This document shows, in pieces, positions 1 through 8,280 of a stretch of 64,000 nucleotides of DNA. Position numbers and translations under genes: made by a program. This DNA is from Candidatus Nanosyncoccus sp. (GTDB lineage: Bacteria; Patescibacteriota; Saccharimonadia; Saccharimonadales; Saccharimonadaceae), in assembly GCA_045603985.1 (NCBI GenBank), contig JAZUNE010000007.1, positions 23,202-87,201 of the forward strand, read 5' to 3'. The notes below the pieces were generated by a model, which worked only from the letters and a program-made list of their open reading frames with translations, was not told where the DNA came from and did no database searches. Position 1 is the first letter of the stretch. Every line of letters starts with the position of its first letter.

Positions 1-171
1 GGAATCGTCCAACGTTCCTTTGAATCTTGAATCAACAAAATCTCAATATCTTTTTTATCTCTTGTAAAACGAAAAATAATCCCGCCCGACGTCGGTTCCC
101 GTACGATCGACTGAATCGCTACTGCCTTCTTCCGAAAAACGGCAGATTTTATTTTCGCAAAGGCCGATTCT

Positions 172-711
172 CTAATCGTTTCTTCCGGTATCGCTTCCGG
201 AACCTTTAACGTTCTCCTCGCTGTTGGTTCTTTCATTAGCTCCCGCGAGGGTTTTACTACTTGACTCATTTTTTTCTTCAACAATTCCGAGCTCCTTATA
301 TGCCGTTCCGAGCACCCCGTTAATAAATTTCGACGAGTTCTCACTTCCAAACGCTTTCGCGAGCTCTACGGCTTCATTAATAGCAACTTTCGGCGGTATC
401 GTATCTCGACACTCCGAAAGTTCATATAACCCCATTCTTAAGACGTTTCGATCGATTGCCGCAATTGAATTAATTGGCCACTCCGGCGCCATCGGCTGTA
501 AAGCCTTATCTAAAGTATCAAAATTTTCGACTACTTTGTGCGCTAAACTATAGACGAATTCCGTATCGCCTAAAGTTTTTTCATATGGCTCAATATTCTT
601 TGCAACAACTACGTCTAAATCGACTTCTGGGTCATTCGCGAGGGTTCTTAGCTCATATTCATATAAACTCTGCAGAACAATTACTCTACCTAAATGTCGA
701 TTACTAGCCAT
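172..711 (-). CDS. nusB: Transcription antitermination factor NusB
   Basis: 179-aa ORF with NusB-like helices ([12 protein letters not shown]..., ...SKFINGVLG). Carries a Ser/Glu-rich C-terminal tail. Confidence 0.85.
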   Translation of the reverse strand: MASNRHLGRVIVLQSLYEYELRTLANDPEVDLDVVVAKNIEPYEKTLGDTEFVYSLAHKVVENFDTLDKALQPMAPEWPINSIAAIDRNVLRMGLYELSECRDTIPPKVAINEAVELAKAFGSENSSKFINGVLGTAYKELGIVEEKNESSSKTLAGANERTNSEENVKGSGSDTGRND

Positions 712-716
712 ATTTT

Positions 717-899
717 TTAATCTTCTTTTCTCTTTAATGCTTTTTTATTAGTTTTTACTTTAAGATTCGGTGTCTTTTTCTTAGTCTCGTAAGCTTTTAC
801 CGGAGAGACTTTATTTACTCTCCGCGCTAACGCGAGCCTAAGATGACTTCTCCGAAGCCCCGTTTTTCTCGGGCTACTTTGTTTCTTAGGTTCAGGCAT
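717..899 (-). CDS. rpmF: 50S ribosomal protein L32
   Basis: 60-aa basic ORF. The N-terminal [16 protein letters not shown] matches the L32 K..S..R.G.RRSH signature. Confidence 0.7.
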   Translation of the reverse strand: MPEPKKQSSPRKTGLRRSHLRLALARRVNKVSPVKAYETKKKTPNLKVKTNKKALKRKED

Positions 900-1000
900 T
901 TTACTCCTTAAATTTTATCGATAATTTTACCCATTTTATCACCTTTTTCCTATTTTCGCAATATATTTACAAATATTATTTTAATGGTATAATATATTTA

Positions 1001-1528
1001 ATGAAAAATTCTATTGTTGACGCCTTAAAAACCGACGAAATCGTTACTATTCCTACTGAAACCGTTGAAGGCTATGCTGTTTCCCTTAATTCCGAAAAAG
1101 CAGTCCGTAAACTTATGAAATTAAAAGATCGCGATTTTAACTCTGGCAAAATTTTTACACTCGTTCCTGAAAGCATCCCGACTATTTCTAAATATGTTAC
1201 TGTGTCACCCGTAGCTAAAACCCTTATTAAGAAATTTGTTCCGGGCGAAATTACCTTAATCTTGCCAAAAAATCCTGATTTTCATCATTTTTATTATGAT
1301 CATTATAATACTATTGGTATTCGTATCCCGAACCACCCTCTTTTTTCAGAAATTTTACCAAAAACCGGTCCGCTCATTCTAACTTCCGCTAATCCGCGTG
1401 GCGGAATCCCTAGAACCCTAACTGGTCATAAGCCCTCAACCATCGTCGATTTAACCGGAAAAACCCCAAAAATCCTACGCCAAGGTAACCTAATCTTGAC
1501 AGAAAAAGATTTTTGTGATATAATGTAA
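1001..1528 (+). CDS. tsaC: L-threonylcarbamoyladenylate synthase (YrdC/TsaC domain)
   Basis: 175-aa ORF with YrdC-like motifs (PTETVEGYAV, LTSANPRG, PSTIVDLTG). The ATG lies 7 nt after TGGTATAAT (985-993), so the start is leaderless. Confidence 0.8.
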   Translation: MKNSIVDALKTDEIVTIPTETVEGYAVSLNSEKAVRKLMKLKDRDFNSGKIFTLVPESIPTISKYVTVSPVAKTLIKKFVPGEITLILPKNPDFHHFYYDHYNTIGIRIPNHPLFSEILPKTGPLILTSANPRGGIPRTLTGHKPSTIVDLTGKTPKILRQGNLILTEKDFCDIM

Positions 1529-1551
1529 CTACCGCGTTCTTTTTTGCGTTC

Positions 1552-1758
1552 TTACTTTTCTAAAGTCTTTAGGGCCTTTTTTATTGCCGGCCGATCAAAC
1601 CCAACAATTTTTTCTCCGTTAATTTCCGTAACCGGAACGACTTCAATTTCATCATTAAGAGTTGCATCTATCTCTTTGTATTCTACCCCTAAGTCATCTA
1701 GCCAATCCATCAAAGCGTGACAATACGCGCAGGTTGGTGTCGTATAAATTTTAATCAT
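1552..1758 (-). CDS. Glutaredoxin/NrdH-like small redoxin
   Basis: 68 aa with the N-terminal IKIYTTPTCAYCHALMDWL CxxC thioredoxin-fold signature. The start lies 6 nt after TGATATAAT. Confidence 0.7.
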   Translation of the reverse strand: MIKIYTTPTCAYCHALMDWLDDLGVEYKEIDATLNDEIEVVPVTEINGEKIVGFDRPAIKKALKTLEK

Positions 1759-1887
1759 ATTAACATTATATCACAAAGCCTACTTGTTTAAAACGCTTAC
1801 GCATGTTAAAATAAATTTAGTCATGGTCGATCCGGCCTAAGTGAGGTAGTTAAAAAGCTTGGCATTAAACTAAAAGAAAGGCCATTA

Positions 1888-4563
1888 ATGCTAAGGTTAC
1901 CTCAAAAATCTCTTCTAAAAACTCTAATTTTTAAAGTCGGATCTTTATCAATTTTAATTCTTCCTTGTTTTATTTTTGCCCTCTCTACTTCCGCTACCGA
2001 CGCCCTTAGGTTAACGATTAGTAGTAGTACCCTAGAATTAAACCTCATGCCCTTATCTTCAGACGGGGTATTCTCCTCTTCAGATAATTTAGACATTAGT
2101 GTAACTATGAATGTCATGGGTGGTTATACTTTAGGTATTAAAGGAGATAGTAGCTCTTCTAACCCTACTGCCCTAGTTAACACTACGGATAATAGTAAAT
2201 ATTTCTCTTCTATCTCTACTTCAGTCTCACCAGCTAACTATAAAGATAATACTTATGCTCTAGCTAATAATTTAAATAATACTTGGGGCTATCTACCAAG
2301 TAAATATAACTCTAACCTTAATACTAATTATCAACCAGCCCCTAGTTCTACAACTGGCGATATATTAGATACCGTTTCTAACTTTAGTGGTACGAATAAC
2401 TATACTATCTCCTTTGGTGCTAGAGCAAATAATACTACAACGATTGGCACATATGAAGGCACCTTCATTATTACAGCTGTCCCAACTATTACTTGTAACG
2501 CTAACGCTACAACCATTGGTGATGCAATCTGTATGCAAGATATGAACGACTCTGTTGCAACATCTATGGTAGAAGGAACGCAGTACCAACTTCTAGATAT
2601 TCGCGATAATAAGCTTTACTACATTGCGAAAATGAAAGATGGACGAGTTTGGATGACCCAGAACCTAGACCTAGACTTAATTAGTGACACTACCGCCGAC
2701 AACTATGTAGAATTAAATCATACTAATACCGATCTCGGTTGGACTACTAATGACACTACCGCTACTTGGGTACCAGCCAGTACTACATCCACCAATGCAG
2801 CGGATTGGGGTACTAATAATAACACCGCTCCAGCCTCCTATGATCCAGGTGACGCTTATTATTACTATGACAAAACTGCCGATATAACTACTGCTTACAA
2901 TAATACTACTGCTACAGCTGATTGTAATGCCGCTCATTCTGATGGTACTTGTGATCATTATCATGTGGGCAACTATTACAACTGGTCGGCAGCTGTAGCT
3001 ATGAACGATACTAGCTCTATTACTGATAATTATACTTCAGCTAATAATTCTATCTGTCCCGCTGGTTGGAGATTACCTGCCGGTAGGACTAGTACTACCT
3101 CCGGTAATCCAGGCTACTACTCTGAAATAAACTATACCTGGGTAAGTGAAGGCCTTGCTACTACCTACCAAGCTAACAATTTTGGCGCTACCTGGGGTGC
3201 TGATGGTTTTAAGAATATAAGAAGTAGTAATATGTATATGGTAGCTGCTGGTTATAAGAGCGATGAATCGTCCATAATTCACACTCCCCCCCGTGGCTTC
3301 TACTGGACTAGCACCAACACTACTAGCACTATGGCTTATGCCTCATATTATTATAATGACAATCTACATCCGGCTTATTCTAATAGCACTAATACCATTA
3401 AAGGCCGAGGCATGTCCGTCCGTTGTGCCGCTCGGCAATCTAATACCGGTTCTACTATAATTACCTTTGACGCCAACGAATCTACTACTACAACCGGTTC
3501 CTCTACCGGCTCTACCGCGAGTGCTACTATTACATCAAATACCTGGGGAACACTTACAACTAACGGTTACTCTATTTCTGGCTACTTCTTTACTGGTTGG
3601 AATACAGAATCTGATGGTAGCGGGACATCTTATGCTAATACTGCTCAATACTATGCTAAAGTCGGAACTGAAATTACTAATGTAACTCTTTATGCAATAT
3701 GGGAACGAATAATCGATATGACTACTGTCACGACCTCTGGCAATATTCCTAATAACTGCACAGACAATACCCCGGTAAGAAATCTACGACTCGTCTATGA
3801 CCCACGCGACAATGAGACCTACTGGATCGCGGAGCTTTGCGATGGAAAAATATGGATGTTGGATAACCTAAGGCTAGACCTAACTAAAGCCCTACCCAGC
3901 TATAGCGGTAGCGATAAGATTACCCTAACTACGTCTAATACTAATGCCAGCGGACAAGCTATTTCTTGTCTTACTACCGGCTCATATAACGGAGTAGCTT
4001 GCACAGGTCCCTATGCGACCTCCGCAGTAATTCAATCTACAAGTTGGGGAACTACCGGAACAGCCTATACTCAAGCAAAAATCAATAAAGACTATAGTGA
4101 AGATATTGCCCCAGTGACTTACGGTCAAGGCGACGGTAAAGTAGGTATATACTATAATTATTGTGCGGTTTCAGCCGGGTCATACTGTTACGCACAAAAT
4201 GCCGGAGTTGACATAACTAATAGTTGGCGTGATATAGAATCTGATATTTGTCCAGCCGGTTGGCGTTTGCCTACTGGCAATACTAATAGTGATGACAATA
4301 CTAGGATTACTGACTACGGAACTCTTTATGCGGCTTATAATAGCGATGCAACGATTGTTAGAAATACTCTCTCTACTCCTCTCTCCGGCTACTTCGTCAA
4401 TAACTCACAAAACACTCTTGGCGCACGCGGTTACCTCTGGTCTTCTACTTACAGCGATACTAACTTCATGTTTACTCTTAGTGTATATCCGTCCGACGTG
4501 TACCCATCTGGTACTAATTATCGGCACTACGGCTTTTCGGTTAGATGTGTCCTCGGTTCCTAA
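1888..4563 (+). CDS. Secreted protein with two FISUMP-type domains (Fibrobacter succinogenes major paralogous domain) and a Listeria-Bacteroides (Flg_new) repeat
   Basis: Signal-peptide-like N-terminus. The motif set D.RD..Y..A...G..WM..NL ... CPAGWRLP ... YW(S/T)S(T) ... G(M/F)SVRC occurs twice. GYFFTGWNTESDGSGTSY...TLYAIW lies between the two copies. Confidence 0.75.
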   Translation: MLRLPQKSLLKTLIFKVGSLSILILPCFIFALSTSATDALRLTISSSTLELNLMPLSSDGVFSSSDNLDISVTMNVMGGYTLGIKGDSSSSNPTALVNTTDNSKYFSSISTSVSPANYKDNTYALANNLNNTWGYLPSKYNSNLNTNYQPAPSSTTGDILDTVSNFSGTNNYTISFGARANNTTTIGTYEGTFIITAVPTITCNANATTIGDAICMQDMNDSVATSMVEGTQYQLLDIRDNKLYYIAKMKDGRVWMTQNLDLDLISDTTADNYVELNHTNTDLGWTTNDTTATWVPASTTSTNAADWGTNNNTAPASYDPGDAYYYYDKTADITTAYNNTTATADCNAAHSDGTCDHYHVGNYYNWSAAVAMNDTSSITDNYTSANNSICPAGWRLPAGRTSTTSGNPGYYSEINYTWVSEGLATTYQANNFGATWGADGFKNIRSSNMYMVAAGYKSDESSIIHTPPRGFYWTSTNTTSTMAYASYYYNDNLHPAYSNSTNTIKGRGMSVRCAARQSNTGSTIITFDANESTTTTGSSTGSTASATITSNTWGTLTTNGYSISGYFFTGWNTESDGSGTSYANTAQYYAKVGTEITNVTLYAIWERIIDMTTVTTSGNIPNNCTDNTPVRNLRLVYDPRDNETYWIAELCDGKIWMLDNLRLDLTKALPSYSGSDKITLTTSNTNASGQAISCLTTGSYNGVACTGPYATSAVIQSTSWGTTGTAYTQAKINKDYSEDIAPVTYGQGDGKVGIYYNYCAVSAGSYCYAQNAGVDITNSWRDIESDICPAGWRLPTGNTNSDDNTRITDYGTLYAAYNSDATIVRNTLSTPLSGYFVNNSQNTLGARGYLWSSTYSDTNFMFTLSVYPSDVYPSGTNYRHYGFSVRCVLGS

Positions 4564-4595
4564 AAATACTCTAAAAATATGGTATAATATATCGT

Positions 4596-6950
4596 ATGAA
4601 TAGATACGAACCGCTAAAAATTGAACAAAAATGGCAAAAAATTTGGGAAGAAGAGAAACCGTTTAAGGCAAAAGACGGCGAAGATAAACCAAAAATGTTT
4701 ATCGCCGAAATGTTTCCCTATCCTTCCGGCGCCGGCCTCCATGTCGGTCATGTCCGTAACTTTACTATTGTCGACGTTCTAACGCGGTTCTATTCTCAGC
4801 AAGGTCTAAATATCTTAAGACCCTTTGGTTATGATACTTTTGGTCTTCCCGCCGAAAACTATGCCATAAAAACCGGCACCGCCCCGCAAATAGTAACAAA
4901 AACTAATATTGATAATTTTAGAAAACAAGCAAAGCGTCTCGGTTATTTTATCGACTGGTCTCGCGAAATTAATACTTCCGACCCTGAATATTATAAATGG
5001 ACTCAATGGTGCTTTTTGCAACTTTATAAAAAAGGCTTGGCTTATCAAAAAGAATCTTATCAATGGTGGTGTCCCGAAGACCAAACCGTCCTTGCTAACG
5101 AACAAGTCGAAAACGGTAAATGTTGGCGCTGTGGAGCTGAAGTCGAAAAGAAAAAAATGAAGCAATGGTTCTTTAAAATTACCGAGTATGCTGATGAGCT
5201 CCTTTCCGAAATCGACGCTCTCGACTGGCCTGAGAAAATTAAAACTATGCAAAAAAACTGGATCGGTAAAAGTACCGGCGCTGAAATTGATTTTAAGATA
5301 ATAAACTCATCTAAAAAAATTAAGGTGTTTACTACCCGCCCCGATACTATTCTCGGAGCAACATTCTTAGTAGTAGCACCAGAATATCAAGGTTTAGAGT
5401 ACATCTTGGCAGATGATTGTAAAGAGGTGGTAAAAGAATATCAAGCAGCGGCTTTGAAGAAATCAGAGATTGAAAGACAGGAGAATAAAGAGAAGACGGG
5501 AGTGTTTACAGGGGCATACGCAGTAAACCCAGCGACGAAGGAAAAAATCCCGATTTATGTTGCTGATTACGTTTTAGCCGGTTACGGAACTGGAGCGATT
5601 ATGGCCGTTCCGGCCTATGACGAACGCGATCGTGAGTTTGCTGAAAAATTTAAGCTCCCAATTATCGAAGCTGAGTTAATTGACTACGACTTTTACGGAA
5701 CCCCTAAAACAATTTATAAAATGCGCGACTGGCTAATCTCTCGCCAACGTTACTGGGGCTGCCCGATTCCGATTGCTTACGATAAAAATGGCAATCCGCA
5801 TCCAATCCCCGAGGAACAATTACCTGTTCTTATCCCCGAAGTAGAAGATTATAAACCTGATAACTCTGGACACTCTGCTCTCGCAAAAGCGACCGACTGG
5901 CTAAAAGTGAAATTATATAATGAAGATACTGGTAAAATAGAGGAAATGACTCGCGAAACCGATACTTTAGATGGCTACGCTTGTTCAAGCTGGTATCTCT
6001 GGCGTTATGTTTCCCCTCATGACACTAAATCCGCTTGGAATCCCGAAGCGATTAAGTATTGGGCCCCGACCGATATTTATGTTGGCGCGGACCATGCTGT
6101 TGCTCATTTATTATATATTCGCTTTTGGTGTAAATTCTTTGCTGATGAAGGCTACCTTCCTTTCCGCGAACCAATCAAAAAGTTAATTTATCATGGCTAT
6201 ATCAACGCTCCCGACGGGAAAAAGATGAGTAAATCTAAGGGCAACGTCATCGACCCGCTTGACGTCATCAACGACGGCTACGGCGCCGATACTCTCCGTA
6301 CCTACGAAATGTTCATCGGCCCCGTCGAACTCGACGCTGCTTGGGACCCCCGCTCCGTAGGAGGAGTTTATAGATTCCTAAACCGTTGTTGGAATTTAGT
6401 GTTTGGGACGAACACCAATGTCCTTTCTCGGGGCATAAACGACAACGGGAGTTTACGAAGCGAGGAGCCCCGTAACGACGGGCGCGACGAAGCGTCCCGA
6501 GAAAGGAACATTGGTGTTCGACACAAGATTATCAAAAAAGTTACACAAGACATCTATAAATGCAACTTCAACACCGCTGTCGCAGCTCTTATGGAGTACG
6601 TAAACGAACTTTATAAAGTCGGCGCTTCCGAAGAAGACTTAATTGTTTTAGCAAAACTCTTAAAACCTTTCGCCCCACACCTCGCCTCCGAAATGCTTGA
6701 AAAATTAAATACAACCGACGAATGGCCAACTTGGGATGAAAAATATCTTATTTCCGATACTGTCGAAATCGTTGTTCAGGTTAACGGAAAACTTCGTGCA
6801 AAACTAACTGTAAATACCGAAGATCTCGATAACGAAGAAAAAATCATCACGCTCGCGAAAGAAGACGAAAAAATTAAAAAATATATTGAAAACGGCATAA
6901 AGAAAACTATTTTCGTTAAAAAAGCTAAACTACTTAATATAGTAATATAA
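4596..6950 (+). CDS. leuS: Leucine--tRNA ligase
   Basis: 784 aa with HIGH-type (PSGAGLHVGHVRN) and KMSKS (GKKMSKSKGN) motifs and LeuS-specific blocks. Leaderless start 7 nt after TATAAT (4583-4588). Confidence 0.97.
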   Translation: MNRYEPLKIEQKWQKIWEEEKPFKAKDGEDKPKMFIAEMFPYPSGAGLHVGHVRNFTIVDVLTRFYSQQGLNILRPFGYDTFGLPAENYAIKTGTAPQIVTKTNIDNFRKQAKRLGYFIDWSREINTSDPEYYKWTQWCFLQLYKKGLAYQKESYQWWCPEDQTVLANEQVENGKCWRCGAEVEKKKMKQWFFKITEYADELLSEIDALDWPEKIKTMQKNWIGKSTGAEIDFKIINSSKKIKVFTTRPDTILGATFLVVAPEYQGLEYILADDCKEVVKEYQAAALKKSEIERQENKEKTGVFTGAYAVNPATKEKIPIYVADYVLAGYGTGAIMAVPAYDERDREFAEKFKLPIIEAELIDYDFYGTPKTIYKMRDWLISRQRYWGCPIPIAYDKNGNPHPIPEEQLPVLIPEVEDYKPDNSGHSALAKATDWLKVKLYNEDTGKIEEMTRETDTLDGYACSSWYLWRYVSPHDTKSAWNPEAIKYWAPTDIYVGADHAVAHLLYIRFWCKFFADEGYLPFREPIKKLIYHGYINAPDGKKMSKSKGNVIDPLDVINDGYGADTLRTYEMFIGPVELDAAWDPRSVGGVYRFLNRCWNLVFGTNTNVLSRGINDNGSLRSEEPRNDGRDEASRERNIGVRHKIIKKVTQDIYKCNFNTAVAALMEYVNELYKVGASEEDLIVLAKLLKPFAPHLASEMLEKLNTTDEWPTWDEKYLISDTVEIVVQVNGKLRAKLTVNTEDLDNEEKIITLAKEDEKIKKYIENGIKKTIFVKKAKLLNIVI
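6409..6520. repeat. GC-rich palindromic mini-element (copy A), in frame inside leuS
   Basis: Terminal inverted repeats at 6409-6433 and 6496-6520 are 24/25 complementary. The core contains two tandem degenerate units (AACGAC..GGG..ACGAAGCG). Confidence 0.8.
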
Positions 6951-6951
6951 A

Positions 6952-7068
6952 GCAACCAGAATAACACCTTCTCGGCGACCTGCGCGACCAACGGGGAGCG
7001 CAAAGAGCAACTGAGCCATGTAACGACAGGCGCGAAGGAGCGTGCGCCGAAAGGTGTTATTTGGTTGC
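6952..7068. repeat. GC-rich palindromic mini-element (copy B), intergenic between leuS and the GT4 gene
   Basis: Inverted repeats at 6952-6977 and 7045-7068. The core shares GAGCC..GTAACGAC.GGCGCGA..AGCGT with copy A. Confidence 0.8.
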
Positions 7069-8280
7069 AACTTTATTATATATGTTAATAAATTTATCTA
7101 GCGTTTTTTCAAAATCGTGTTCTGAAGCGATTTCTTGAGACTTCTTTGAAAATTCTTTATAAAGTTTTACGTCCGATAATATTTTTATTATTGCCTCGCT
7201 AATTTCCTCAGCCGAACCCGGTTTACATAAAAATCCATTCTCTCCATCCCGACAAACTTCTCCTACCGCTCCTTTATCTACCGCAATTAAAGGTAGTCCG
7301 ACTGCCGCCGCTTCAATTAAAACAATCCCTTGCGTTTCTATTTCCGAAGCTGTTATAAAAACATCTCCGAGTTGATAAACTTTATAAAGTTCCGGCGGCG
7401 TAATCCGCCCTAAGAAATGGATGTCCGAACAACCTTTCGCTTTTTTCATTAATCGCGCCTTATCTACGCCATCCCCTACAATAATCAATTGTATTTCATT
7501 CATCTTTAGTTTTGCTTTCAAAAATGCTTCTATAACCGTTCCGACTTTTTTCTCCGGATCTAACCGCCCTAAGCTGAGTAAAGTTTTATATTTTTTATTT
7601 AATCCATATTTTTCATAAGTCTCAACCGAAGCGCGCCCTGGCTTAAAATTTGAAAGATCAACTCCGTTCGATACCGCCGCGACTGGAACCGAAAAATCTT
7701 CGCCTTTTCCAATTAGATTAAAAATCGCTTTTTCTGTCGGCATCGTTACAAAATCACTTTTACTCTGACGATTTCTAAAATAAGCTGAAAGAACTGCGTT
7801 AGCTCCTTTTTTTGCTAATTTTGGGAGATGAAAAGATTCCGTTAAAACCTCCGGTTGGTTATGTTCCGTTGTTACGACCGGAATTCCTCTTTTTTTCGCA
7901 TACGAGACAACCGACAGCCCAATCGGATCTGAAACCTGAACATGAACTAAATCCGGCTTAAAATCATCTAGGGCTTTTTTTATCTCTAATGCCGGAAAAA
8001 CCGATACTCTAAACCCATGTTTATACCATAATCGCGAAAAACCCTTCCGGCTTTTTGGCACAGGATGTATTTGGTCTGGGTAGACTTTCGCCTCAACCGA
8101 CTTCAAATAAACCGTCTTAACCCCGTCGACTACTCGCGTATAATTTTGCCCTGTTTGCGAAGGGCATAAAACTAAAACCTCTATCCCCCGCCTTACTAAC
8201 CCTACCGCAAGATTATGCGAAAAGACCGCTACTCCATTAATTTGCGGATAATATACTGCCGTCGCAATAACTACTTTCAT
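7057..8280 (-). CDS. Glycosyltransferase family 4 (GT-B fold)
   Basis: 407 aa. N-terminal MKVVIATAVYYPQINGVA and C-terminal E..GIVLIEAAAVGLP (EX7E-type) motifs. Confidence 0.8.
   Translation of the reverse strand: MKVVIATAVYYPQINGVAVFSHNLAVGLVRRGIEVLVLCPSQTGQNYTRVVDGVKTVYLKSVEAKVYPDQIHPVPKSRKGFSRLWYKHGFRVSVFPALEIKKALDDFKPDLVHVQVSDPIGLSVVSYAKKRGIPVVTTEHNQPEVLTESFHLPKLAKKGANAVLSAYFRNRQSKSDFVTMPTEKAIFNLIGKGEDFSVPVAAVSNGVDLSNFKPGRASVETYEKYGLNKKYKTLLSLGRLDPEKKVGTVIEAFLKAKLKMNEIQLIIVGDGVDKARLMKKAKGCSDIHFLGRITPPELYKVYQLGDVFITASEIETQGIVLIEAAAVGLPLIAVDKGAVGEVCRDGENGFLCKPGSAEEISEAIIKILSDVKLYKEFSKKSQEIASEHDFEKTLDKFINIYNKVATK

Noticed and set aside
60-160. GC-rich stretch with a CCGAC/GTCGG palindrome and a CTGCC..GGCAG hairpin plus T-tract downstream of nusB
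   Set aside because: The hairpin/T-tract orientation fits a plus-strand terminator for a gene lying outside the window. It is too close to the window edge, and too weakly similar to the palindromic elements, to call.
27-209. 60-aa plus-strand ORF at the left edge
   Set aside because: It overlaps the nusB 3' end, has an Arg/Phe-rich nonsense composition and has no start signals.
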